Part shown: positions 1 to 11,514 of the stretch, one piece after another | How positions within the stretch are numbered: position 1 is the stretch's first letter | Layout: each line of letters begins with the position of its first letter | Notes under the pieces: model-generated | What the model was told of the DNA's origin: nothing | Database searches by the model: none | The model's input: the letters and a program-made list of their open reading frames with translations, nothing else | Made by a program: the position numbers and the translations under genes | From: Macrostomum lignano | Lineage: Eukaryota | Assembly (NCBI GenBank): GCA_002269645.1 | Contig: NIVC01000793.1 | Coordinates: forward strand, 372,001-436,000 | DNA length: 64,000 nt | Reading direction: 5' to 3'

Positions 1-160
1 ACGATAAACCAACATAACCACGATGAACCAACACAACCACGATAAACCAACACAACCACGATGAACCAACACAACCACGATAAACCAACACAACCACGAT
101 AAACCAACACAACTACGATAAACCAACCCAACCATAATAAACCAACCCAACCACGTTACG
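1..160. repeat. 19-bp minisatellite (ACGATAAACCAACACAACC)
   Basis: About 8 tandem units, running off the window start. Confidence 0.9.
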
Positions 161-364
161 AGCCCTCGTAAAGCAGACATATTAAACCTTTTCTACTAAC
201 CTATTATACTTAAAAAAACAATAGGTATTCGATTTAGAAAGCATAGCTTCAATAGAAAAATTACAATATTATATTTAGTACAATCACACAATTAATGTAC
301 ACTGAATAAGTTACAATAAGCCAAGGCCATTCAAATGCACAGCACACATGACGCCCTGTTATCT

Positions 365-468
365 CTAAGGCCGACGCGGAGTCCTCGGAGCAATGCCAGC
401 CGCCGAGAACAGGCCGCTAAGCGGACCCGGCCGGACCGTCTGTTCCGCGGCGTAGGCCGCCTCAAGGC

Positions 469-525
<57 letters not shown>

Positions 526-2116
526 GGGCAGCCGTCCCGCTCAGCTCGGCGTCCATCTGGCGCATGTATCGACGCATCAGAATCCGCTGACGTCTAGCGG
601 CATCGGCACTTTCGTTGGCCTCTCCATCGGCACCTTCACCATCGGAGACTGTCTCTTCATCAACATCGTCCGAATCTTCATCCTCAGCTTCGTCAGTCTC
701 AGCATCTTCATTGTCATCGTCGCTATCAACAAATTGGTCGAATATTTTATTTAACGACGCTACTAAACCTTCGGCGTCTATGTCGATTTTGTTCGACAAT
801 TTTGTCGACTCAAAATCTGTCGCTTTTGTTGTCGACTTCGAGTTCGTCGATTTCGCAGACTCCACGCCGTCTAGTCCGGATTCGGCGCGCAGGAACTCGG
901 CAAATGTTCCGGCGGCGCCATCCTCAGCCAGATCGGCCAGGTCTACCGGACACCGGCCGGACACCCGGGCCATCAGTTCGTCCAGCTGGTCGGGCGTCAC
1001 GGTTAGCCAATCGTCCGAGTCCGGACACTCGACGCTGTCAGGCACCGGCGGAGCCGAACGACACAGTCGCGACAACAGGCGACTTGACGCCTCTAAATCG
1101 TCGAAATCGTCGTCATCGGCGCCGTCATCAGGGTCGGCTCCAGCCGGACACTTATCCAGCAGAATCTCCGCCCCGTGAGTGAGCATCAAGCCCAGCTGCA
1201 TCGCTCGCCGGTGCTCGGACACCTCCTGCGTTGTCATCGGCGCTTTAGCAGCCATCGAGTCTTCAGCCGCCGCCCAGTCCGAGCGCCGATCGGCGGCGTA
1301 TCCAGCCTCCGCCTGCGACATCAGCTGGGCGTAGCGGCATCGATTCAACAGCGGTGTGCAGAGCGTCAGCCTGTCGCCGGCCGTCAGCAGCGAGCAACGT
1401 CGCCGACATCGACGCGCCTCCTTGGCATCTCGCTGACAGAAAGCGGCCGCCACCGGCCCGACAAGATCCGGCCGCACGGCCAGAGCGGCGGCCAGACTGG
1501 CCGGCAGGAAGACGCGCGCTCGATGCACCGCCGGCTGCTCGTCAAGCAGCGCGGCCGCCCGCCGGGTCAAGCAGCTCTGCGCGGCGTCGGTCAGGCATTC
1601 GACAGAGTCGGAAGCGGCCAGCAATCGCAGTGCTTTACTCAGCTCGACACCGCCGCTGCCACCATCTCGCCAGGTCAGCAGGTGCAGCCGGCCAGCCATT
1701 AGCCAAGCTCGATTGTCCGAAGTCTCCGGCTCCAGCCAATCCGGCAGGTAGTCGGCCGTCTCGGCCAGCAAAAATTGACCATCCTCGTCTACAATGTCGG
1801 CCGCTAGGACGACTTCGGACAGTTGCTTAGTAACAGCTAGCAATATTCGGACAATCATCCATTCATCGTGGACGCAATCGCCAACTCGGACGAGACCGTG
1901 CAAGTGTCCGAAATCGACTGTTCCCCGGTCAGTTACGTCCGCCGGACACAGATTGAACGGCCGTTCGTGCCAGGCATGTCCGGCCGATACGGCGCCAGCC
2001 ACTGAAAAGCAGCGGCGGCGCAGCTCGGACAGGCTGTGCGCCCCGTCTGGCCGGGGGAAAATTCTGTAGGCAACTTCGCCCGGGTCGAGGTCGCGACTGC
2101 TGCTCTGAGCCTGCAT
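365..2116 (-). CDS. ECD: Ecdysoneless / SGT1-family protein, single coding exon
   Basis: Family motifs AWHERPFNL, GDCVHDEWMIVRILL, DEDGQFLLAETADYLPDWLEPETSDNRAWL, PDSDDWLTVTPDQLDELM, YMRQMDAEL. ATG at 2116 (MQAQSS), TAG at 365-367. The supplied ORF's N-terminal extension to 2485 is translated GA-rich repeat. (GCC)n at 470-525 encodes poly-Gly. Confidence 0.92.
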
Positions 2117-2183
2117 TGGTGGGGTGGTCGAGGGGAAGAGCTGAACACTGCCATACTGCCCTATGGGGTCGGGGGGAGGGGGA

Positions 2184-2628
2184 GGGGGTTCGGCAAACTC
2201 CAATCCGGCTCGCGAATCCTTTGAAACTTCACAATAGCAATCCGGCCCGCTCAGGGTCTGTCTTTCCTCTCTCCTCTTTTCTCCCACCTCTTCCATGCTC
2301 TGTTCTCTCTTCCTTCCTCTCCTTTCTTCTCCCACCTCTTCCCTCCTCTCTCCCCTCTTCCTTCCTCTCTCCTTTCTTCTCCCACCTCTTCCCTCTTCTC
2401 TCCCCTCTTCCTTCCTCTCTCCTTTCTTCTCCCACCTCTTCCCTCTTCTCTCCCCTCTTCCTTCCTCTCTCCTTTCTTCTCCCACCTCTTCCCTCTTCTC
2501 TCCCTTCCCCCCTCCTCTCTCCTCTCTTCCCTCCTCTCTCCCCTCTTCCCCTCTTCCCTCCTCTCTCCCCTCTTCCCTCTTCCCTCCTCTCTCCCCTCTT
2601 CCCTCCTCTCTCCACTCTTCTCTCCTCT
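2184..2628 (+). mobile_element. Left end of hAT-type MITE followed by CT-rich low-complexity tract
   Basis: CGGCAAACTC...TTGAAA...CAATAGCAATCCGGCCC matches the left end of the complete copy at 27884; no right TIR found. Confidence 0.55.
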
Positions 2629-2737
2629 CAAACTGCTCAAATTGAGGCTACGGGGGAAGCCAAGCTATGCTAACAAATACTAATATGAGTACACAGTTTA
2701 GTGTTTTATTCCATAATTTGCCTTTACGAGTACTGCC

Positions 2738-3010
2738 CGTCTGTCTGTCTATAGCGACTGTGTTTGTCTGTCTGTAGAGCCTGTCTGTCTGTCTGTCTGT
2801 TTCTGTCTGTCTGTCTGTAGAGCCTGTCTGTCTGTCTGTCTGTAGAGCCTGTCGGTCTGTCTGTCTATAGCGACTGTCTGTCTGTCTGTAGAGCCTGTCT
2901 GTCTGTCTGTCTATAGCGACTGTCTGCCTGTCTGTAGAGCCTGTCTGTCTGTCTGTCTATAGCGACTGTCTGCCTGTCTGTAGAGCCTGTCTGTCTGTCT
3001 GTCTGTGTCT
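2738..3010. repeat. Compound (CTGT)n microsatellite with TAGAGC / ATAGCGA spacers
   Basis: Visible periodicity. Confidence 0.85.
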
Positions 3011-3939
3011 ACAGTGGCTGTCTATTCCTTGGAGCCTATGTGCCAATCATTAGTGTCAATGTAATGAACAAAACTCCTAATGACAATACTAACTAATAAT
3101 AAAAGACCAAAGAGTAACCATGCAAGGATCTGAATTGCTAGTCTTAGTCGGGATGATTAAATCATCAATCAATTAGCGCAGACGGGCGCCCTTCATAGGA
3201 AACCCATACACCAGCCACCTTCGGTGCATCAAATGTCGCCTTTTCAATAGGCCTTATATAGGAAATAAAAACCATTATTAATTTATCTACAGTCCTATAG
3301 TATGGACGTTCTACAAGTCTACCTATATAACATATTGAAATAGAAAGAAAGCCAACAAGAAGAAGTTAAGACGACACAGAATATTTGCATATATTTTATT
3401 GACCAAGAAAGCAGAAAAAAATACAAAAAATATCAATAATTTTAATAACGAAAAAGGAATTTTAAAATATTGAAAACGCGATCAAATTAACGTGACGGAG
3501 ACATTATTTAATTAGTCAATATTAATTATTCCATCTAAGACTGAAGTCAGGGCTAAGAAAAGCATATATTTATCCAATTAGTGAAAGACATTAAACAACA
3601 CACTTGCGCAACCAATTGAAATAACTAATACTCAAGCTTATTATTATGCAATTATAGCATATATATGCATATACAAAAAAACACAGAGGCATCTACAGAA
3701 AGACTACAAAAAACCAGTGCTTAGTCAAAAAAGACAAGGAAACAAAGACTCGAAAAAGGGCCTGACTGAAATATGAATAATATCCATACATGGCATCTTA
3801 TATAATATTAGAATGAGACAGCAATCAATCAGGTGAATAGGTGATGACTTATTTGTAGTCCAACAAGATCAAGCTAATGACTGAGGGTAAACGGCTGGAG
3901 TAAATATTACTGCCAATGCAAATTAAAGTGCTTCGTCAT

Positions 3940-4103
3940 CTAATTAGTCATTGAGGACGAATCAGACGAGGCCGTCACAGTGTCGAATTCGACAGTTTTG
4001 TCGCTGACGCCCGCAGTGCGACGGCGCCCGACTGATGACTGCGGCGGCGGCGGCGGCGACGAGTTTCGGCGACAACGGCGACGCTTCCTTGGCAACAGAG
4101 GTC
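3940..4103 (-). CDS. ATXN7L3: ATXN7L3/SGF11 terminal coding exon
   Basis: Acceptor CTTCAG|GA at 4104 is phase 1, matching the upstream donor; reads GPLLPRKRRR...SSSMTN*; basic NLS-like stretch. Confidence 0.7.
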
Positions 4104-4189
4104 CTGAAGAGTCCCAGGGTGTCAATGGATAGGTGAGATTTTGTTAATTGATTAGATGCTTAATTAGCTAATAGTCAGATTTAATAATT

Positions 4190-4604
4190 GATGGAGTGGA
4201 ATTGATTAGCTGATCGAGTGAGATTGATCAGTTGATACGGTAAGATTGATCAGTTGATACAGTGAGATTGATCATTTGATACAGTGAGATTGATTAACTG
4301 ATAAAGTGAAATTGATTAACTGATAGAGTGAGATTGATTAACTGATAGAGTGAGATTGATCAGTTGATACAGTGAGATTGATTAACTGATAAAGTGAGAT
4401 TGATTAACTGATAGAGTGAGATTGATTAACTGATAGAGTGAGATTGATTAACTGATAGAGTGAGATTGATTAACTGATAGAGTGAGATTGATCAGTTGAT
4501 ACAGTGAGATTGATTAACTGATAAAGTGAGATTGATTAACTGATAGAGTGAGATTGATTAACTGATAAAGTGAGATTGATTAACTGATAGAGTGAGATTG
4601 ATTA
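4190..4604. repeat. 22-bp minisatellite (AGTGAGATTGATTAACTGATAG), intronic
   Basis: About 18 units. Confidence 0.9.
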
Positions 4605-4758
4605 TTTTTTTTATTAGAGGCAGGGGGGTTGTGTGCACCCTGGCGCACTTTAAGCGACATAGGCACACAACCGGCGAGAGGCATTACTGCCCATTCCGCC
4701 GACTCCCCTGAGCAGGCATACAAGCGCGCGGATACGTACGCAGGCACACACACACAGG
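4605..4758 (-). mobile_element. 5'-truncated SINE copy (same family as 5394-5752)
   Basis: Near-identical reverse complement of about 5605-5752 including the A-tail; flanked on both sides by GTGAGATTGATTA. Confidence 0.85.
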
Positions 4759-4811
4759 TGTGTGAGATTGATTAGCTGATAGAGCATTTAAAAGTTAAAT
4801 ATCATATATAC

Positions 4812-5205
4812 CTTTAGAATCCTCGATAGCAGCGAGTTCGGCAGCCGCAGCAGCATCCGAGGCACCGAAGCACTGCTGCAGTGGCCTTCGCCGACTAGCG
4901 AGCCTGCCCATCCCCATGCACTTCTCCAGGTGGGGGGCCAATCTCGACGCTGCTAGGCGTCTGTGACAGTTCGGACAGCGACAAATTGGTGCAGACTGCT
5001 GCTGCTGCTGCTGCCGCTGAGTAGACACTGGAGACAACTCAGTCTGAGCCAATGTTGCTAGCTCTTCGTCAAGCATTAATAATCCCATTTTAGCTTCCAT
5101 ATGGCACGAGAATATAGTGTCCATTGTTAAATCGTCTATAAGTTCGTTGACAATTATCCATAGGTCGTCATTAACATTGTCGGAATTGGGACTGGCAATA
5201 TTAGC
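4812..5205 (-). CDS. ATXN7L3: ATXN7L3/SGF11 (SAGA deubiquitination module) main exon
   Basis: Sgf11 zinc finger [27 protein letters not shown] and N-terminal helix [16 protein letters not shown]; acceptor TTTCAG|GCT (5206), donor AAG|GTATAT (4811). Start-codon exon not identified. Confidence 0.9.
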
Positions 5206-5393
5206 CTGAAATGTGTTTAAATTCTTTTGATAAAATGGAGTTCTCAAATAAATAAAAAGAATATTTTACGATTTTCTAGATTTTCTACTCCCACTTTTTC
5301 TGATTGAGCGACCCTAATGGAATACATTTTTAATAAACTACATGTAGCTTATCCTTGCAATAAACTCACTAATCCCCCGTAAGCCTTAACACC

Positions 5394-5752
5394 AGGGGGC
5401 CGTTGCCCAGCGGTAGCGCAGCTGCTCTGGTGTGCCAGCGACCCAGGCTCGATTCCAAGTGCAGTCACATTAATTTGGGGCTGAATTGGAATCTCGGCTT
5501 GGCTCTGCTCGTGCAATTAACGGCCTTGAGAGCCAACCCCCCAAGGCGCAGTGAAGTGTACATGCCTAACGATAATATAAAGTTAGGGCCGCTGTACACT
5601 CCTGTGTGAGTGTGTGCCTGCGTACGTATCCGCGCGCTTGTATGCCTGCTCAGGGGAGTCGGCGGAATGGGTAGTAATGCCTCTTGCCGGTTGTGTGCCT
5701 ATGTCACTTAAAGTGCGCCAGGGTGCACACAACCCCCTGCCTCTAATAAAAA
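5394..5752 (+). mobile_element. Full-length tRNA-derived SINE
   Basis: A-box-like TGCCCAGCGG, B-box-like GGCTCGATTCC, A-rich tail, perfect 13-bp TSD AAGCCTTAACACC (5381-5393 and 5753-5765). Confidence 0.9.
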
Positions 5753-6114
5753 AAGCCTTAACACCTCAACAATTCCTTCAGAAGCCTTAACATATCAGCT
5801 ATTTCCCCAATGAGCCTTGACATCTCAGCGATGCCTCCCATAAGCCCACCCATCTCAGCAATTCCCCCAAGCCTTATCATCTCAGCAATTCCATGCGTAA
5901 TTCCACGCTTCTTTTATTTCTTAGATTACACTTGTTTTATGTTTTACATGAGGCTTCTTCTATTTCTTATATTATGCCTCTTTTATGTCTGACATGACGC
6001 TTCTTCTTGGTCTACATGAAGCTTCTTTTATTTCTTACATGACATTTCTTTTACGTTTTACATGGATGCTTCTTTCATGTTTGACATGATGCTTCTTTTA
6101 TTTCTCATCTGATT

Positions 6115-6561
6115 TCCTATCTCTCCTCTCTGCTCCCTCATCTCTCCTCTCCTCTCATCTCTCGTCTCTACTCTCTCCTCTTCCCTTTTCTCACTCCTCT
6201 TGTTTCTCTTCCCTCTTCTCTATTATCTCCTCCCTCCTCTCTTAACTCCTCTCTACTCTCTTCCTTCTCTTCTCTACTTTCTTCACTCTCCCCTAATACC
6301 TCTCCCTCTTCTCACCTCTACTCTCTCCTCTTGCTTCTCTCTCCCCTTCTTCTCTTCCCTCTCCTCTCACTTCTCCCTCCCCTTTTCTCTCCCTTGTCCT
6401 TAAAACTTAAAACCCCCTCCTCTCCTCTTATCTTTCTTTTATCCCCTCTCTTGCCTCTCCTCTATTCTAATTGTCTATTCTTTCTTTATACTCTTATCTG
6501 CTCCCCCAAACATGATCTGGATTGTTTATCTGGCCTTTGAGGTAAAGTCTGCCAACCCTTG
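6115..6561 (+). mobile_element. CT-rich tract ending in right end of hAT-type MITE
   Basis: TATCTGGCCTTTGAGGTAAAGTCTGCCAACCCTTG resembles the right end of the 27884-28496 element. Confidence 0.55.
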
Positions 6562-9427
6562 CTTTGAAAGCCAGTTTTTGGGATGTAGTACTCTTATGGT
6601 TGTATCTACAGCTTCACAAATCTAAATTGGTATAACAACTAAAGAAATATGTTTTATTTTAGAGGCATTAAAATTTTAAAGTGACTAAGAAAAACTTAAA
6701 ATGTTTAAATCTCCATGGTGTGAGTAATTTAGTAAGATAAAATTGCACTGCTTTTTCATAAAAAGTTGCTTTAAAAAACCATGCCACATTGCCTTGCGAG
6801 TCTTTTGATTTGATTTCTATCTTCCTCATCCATTGGTAAGCTATGACAGTGGTTAGTTAGAATCTTTTGCTAGTAAGTTAGAATTCGTAAAAATTGGAGT
6901 GGAACTACAGAGAAATAAGTGAAAAATGTACTTTTTAAGCAGTTTTTGCATTTATTTCTAGAAAAAAAAACTTGAAAAAAATTGGAATTTTTTTAAAGAA
7001 CAATTTTTTTAGGAATTTTAAGGTAGCCTAAGACACTTTTTCATAATGAGCTTAGTATAGGTGCAAAATTAGGTATAATTTGGTTGAGCAGTTTTAGCAG
7101 TTTCAATACACACGCACAGACAATTTTCATTTTCATACATAAAGATAAGTCAATGTATAAAAAGCTAAAAAATGATATCTTATATTATTGGACATAGAAA
7201 ACTGATGAAAAAAAGTTATTAAAAAAATAACAGAATATAATTTTTCTATAAAATTCAAGATAGATTCTGTTGAAAAACTTGCATAGTTATGCAAACTTTT
7301 TGCAAAAATCTTGTGCAATGAGAAAAATGAAAGTTAGCATAAATTATTTAAAAATGCTTATATTTGACTTGTAACATAAAACAAGTTTTTGCATATAAGA
7401 AGCAATAGGCTACCCTAAAAAGGTCTTTTATTATTGCAATATAGAAAAAACTTCTGCATTTTAGAGTAAAGAACTTGCATGAAAAATTTCTGCATAGCCA
7501 TAGGTTTCTATTTCAAAGTTACCATGCAAAGATTTTTATCCTAGCAAAAATATTTGTTTTTGGGCGAAATTGTTGAAAAAATTTGATTATAGAATGTTGA
7601 AAAATTAAGATACAAAAAGTTTATGATTTTCTTATTACTTGCCAAATTTTTGAAAGTAAGATGTCTTTTACCATAGTCTAGAAGTTGGCCTTTATGCCAG
7701 AAAATTCTAGCAAATTTTTGCTCTTGCTGACAATCTTGGCAGACACTTGGCATATAGAATTTTCAGGTTTAATATTATGTGCACATAGCCGACATAAAAA
7801 ATAGAAAAGTTCAGACCTAATATAATTGTGTAGTTAAATATCAACTAACTAAAGCTCTTCTAAAAATAATTGGTATAACTAAAATAAAGAATATAAATGC
7901 AATTTACAAGAAAAACAAAATTAAAACAAATAATATCAATTCTTAGCAAACAACAACTATTTTCAAGTTTATTAAAGCTTTTAATTTTTTGAAAATATAA
8001 ATTATATTAAAAAATTTGTGTATAAACAACTTTAGGTTTGGTGTAAATTTTAAATTTTACATTGGCATAAAATTGAAAACATGAATTTTCATTCTAGCAT
8101 ACGCCTGCCATGATCTAGACTATGGGTCTTTTACTTATACAAAAAATATTTATCATATCAAATAAGAAAAATATATTAACAATAAATTTCAAAATCTTAC
8201 AGAACTCCCTAATAGGCTAGGCCTATTGTCTAATACTTGTATTTAAGCCATAGCTAAATTATTAGGGCCTATTGAATAATATTCTTTAAAAAATATAACA
8301 ATTTATTTATAAAATTGTCATTAAATTTATATTATTATAGACCTATTATCTATTTTATTTTATACAATATACAATATATAATATTTTATACAGTATTTAT
8401 CATGCTATCTTAGTATCTATATAAAAACATAACTTAACTTTCTAAATTGAATCTTAAAAAATTGAAATTAGACCTTTTAGCTTACCGCCTTAAATGCAAC
8501 ATTATATCTTATTTCCTATCATTTCTACTCATCTATTTCTTTTCTACATATTGTTGTATAGTACAGCTTAGCCTATAGCCTAGTTTATAATATATATATA
8601 AACCAATAAAAATCAATATACCAATAGGTTTAATAGTTATAAAACATGTCCCATTTGTTTAATCTCTATTGGGCTTTGGCTATATTTATTTAGGCCTTAA
8701 TCTATACAAATTAAAAATTTAAAAAGCTAAATATAAAATATGTTTTATACAATTATATTTATAGGCCTATTTTTTCTTGTCTTTTTACAAAGGTAATGTA
8801 TCATTAAACATTGTATCCTAAATAAAAAAATGCAAAATTATAGTTCCAGGAACCATCATTATTATATTGTATTGTAGAGTCCACTAAAATATTTTTATAA
8901 CATAATTCATAAATTTACAAAAAAGTCCAATGACAATGTATTCAATATCAATATGATTAGTTAGGGCTTAATAATATATATATATATAATATACAGATTA
9001 CAGAGCAACAAGGCTAGTGTACAAGACTGCACTTCATTCATTAAATGATATCGTAATATCATGTCATATAATATTTGATAGATGTGTTTAAATTCAAGGT
9101 GAGTTCATGGTTCATGTTCATGCCATGCACTGCACTGAAGGTCGTCCCGACACGACTGAAACTGACCGTTTTAAACTCGTACGTTCCAGTTTTCTAATTG
9201 TACCTGAAAATCACGCCGTAACGGAATTATGTTAATGCACTCCATTAAACGACGGTAAACATATTAAAATATATATTTACCAATTAGACAACAATTGTAT
9301 CTGTATTTAAAGTAAATTGACAATACCTTAGTATCTTAGTACGACATAAGTACGACAAAAACCGAAAGAACAAAGAATCTAGTAGAATTCTATAAAAAAT
9401 AAGAAGCGAGCAACAGGGAGCAACCCG

Positions 9428-10330
9428 ATGGCAGACCAACCGGGCCGGATGCAGGAGCAGCTGACGGAGCTTGTCGCCACTGTCGCCGCCATTTTGCCGC
9501 CCAATGCCCAGGCCGACACTCTACTTTTCAGCGCCCTAGATCCCCTTGCTACCGCTGCTCGGGCAGAGGGCACCGCGCTGAGGCCTGTCCGACTCCGGCC
9601 TCGGGAAACTGCTGAGGACTGGTACTCGTGGGCCGTCACCAGACCTCCTCAGCAAGGCCCGACCTGCCTCTCTATCTTCCTCCCCGATAGCATCGCCGGC
9701 CAGCGATCGTGTCGGTGGCTGTTCGACACCGGAGCGCAGCGCAGGTGACGCTCGTGTCGGCTGCAAAGCTACGACGGGCCCTCGGCATCAACGCGCAGCT
9801 TCAGCCGCCACTCAGCGCTCCAATCGGCATCGACGGCCGACATCTACTAGAATGCAGCTGTGAAGGACTCCCACCGATCATTCACCAGGTGACGAAGTTG
9901 CAGGCATTTCAGCCCGAGTGCGTTCTCCGCATGGATGCGATTGGCAAGATGGGGTCCGCCTATAGCGTGGACCTGCATGGGTGCTTCTTTTGTCCAGCTG
10001 GGGCCGGCGATACCGATTCTACAGAACGCTTCCCAGCAGGCTTCTCAAGTGGTTCCGACTGTGATCGCGATGGTGGCCCGCACTGTCGAGGTGCCAGCAC
10101 GCAGCCGCATTATATATTATCGTTCTTGTGAGACTGGACTCTTTCTCTGAGCAAGGGCTTTTCGAGCCGAACTCTGACTTCACTGACAAGATGGGGCTGC
10201 TGTGCTGTCCAGCACTGAAGATGGCCTGTCCATGGGCGTCTGCAACCTGGGTGCCGGCCCATGCGTGATGCTGTACAAGAATCAGGCGATTGGCTAAATG
10301 CGCTGCAAGAAAAAAGCATTGCGGGCAAAC
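9428..10330 (+). mobile_element. Decayed Ty3/gypsy-like LTR retrotransposon fragment (gag N-terminus + aspartic protease)
   Basis: LFDTGAQ active-site motif, then after a frameshift VTLVS...VLRMDAIGKMG; frames broken by stops; no intact RT or LTR pair seen. Confidence 0.6.
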
Positions 10331-10961
10331 CTCGACGGGCAAATCTCGACGGGCAAATCTCCTGCTAGAAAATCTCGGCCAAGGACCACTAGAAGTTACC
10401 GTTCTGGAGCTTCTGAAGCTCAAATGTAGTGCAAGCTTCTTTAAAACAGTCGAATAGAATGAATTTAATTTTAATTTTACGCGTTAAAGAGTAGCGCTAA
10501 ATACACGTAAACAAGTCGCCATTCAAATAATTTTGCAATATTTACGGGTGTTGCGTCCTGATACAACGGTAACTTCTAGTGCGGTGGTCTTTTGATCTCG
10601 GCAGGCAATTGTCACGGATCCATTTGACGAATCAATCCGATTGAAAACAAAAGCAAAAAAATTATTCTGAAAAAACGGATTTTTCCCAAAAAAATCTGAT
10701 GGAATCGATTCCTCAGAGATTAAACGTTGAAAAAAGGCTCGTTAGCAATCTAATAGAAATCTATGAACAATAGCCCAAGGTTACTCTTTCCTAGTGAAGC
10801 TTCATGCAGTAGGGAATCCAGATCATCATATCGATATCATACAAAATATATCAGCCTGTAAAGACTAGCTCGACAGGAAAAACCAATTCACTCACAATGC
10901 AAAACCCTCACAGAGATGGCAATCACGACTGCATGCTTGAATACGAAAGCTGATTAGCTCG

Positions 10962-10968
10962 TATAAAA
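10962..10968 (+). promoter_or_regulatory. TATA box upstream of FReD gene
   Basis: TATAAAA about 50 nt upstream of ATG 11019. Confidence 0.4.
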
Positions 10969-11018
10969 GCTGCAATGCGACTGCAGTGTTCACAGCCACT
11001 GTATTGCAGCAGTCAAAT

Positions 11019-11352
11019 ATGCATCTACCAGCTTCGCTAGTCTACAATCTCCTTTTGCTGCTCAAACTGAGCTTTCCGCTCTGCTGCAGCAGCGCTGGGC
11101 TTCAAGAAGCCTCTATCACTGGCTGGAATCAAATTCGCGACAATCTCGACGAGTACTCACTGTTGAGCAACTCAACTCGTGTCGAGAGTCTGCTCGAGTG
11201 TCTGGCCTCGGCTGTCGACGCGGCAGCTGACGCGGCCACTTTCTCTGCTAACGACGTCGAAAGAGTCTGTTGCGTATATTAGATGTCAGTGGGGTCCGTT
11301 CGGATGCAGGAAGTGTCGATTCGCCAGCGAGAACTTTGGACAACTCTTCTGG
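11019..11352 (+). CDS. FReD gene exon 1: signal peptide + Cys-containing (PAN-like) region, interrupted by TAG at 11280-11282
   Basis: Hydrophobic leader YNLLLLLKLSFPLCC; strong donor TGG|GTGAGT at 11353 is in the +1 frame relative to the ATG. Confidence 0.55.
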
Positions 11353-11514
11353 GTGAGTATCGATAGAGTAAACTGTCACAGAGCCCCGTGACTGCTTGCA
11401 TCCCCGCTGGTCGATTTTTAGCTGTGCTTTTCAGCAATGCCTTCTCCCCCTCTGGGAACTGATCGACTAACTCAGGAATACCTGAGCCAAAGCTGTTGCT
11501 GTTTGCCGTTGCAG

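Noticed and set aside
335-1830. Plus-strand ORFs overlapping ECD, and antisense ORFs over Dscam and stomatin exons
   Set aside because: Shadow ORFs of GC-rich coding sequence with no independent motifs.
5395-5465. Functional tRNA gene
   Set aside because: No proper cloverleaf; it continues into a SINE body with an A-tail and TSD.
2184-6561. One large hAT element capturing SGF11 between a left and a right end
   Set aside because: Flanks share no 8-bp TSD; two decayed MITE copies are more parsimonious.
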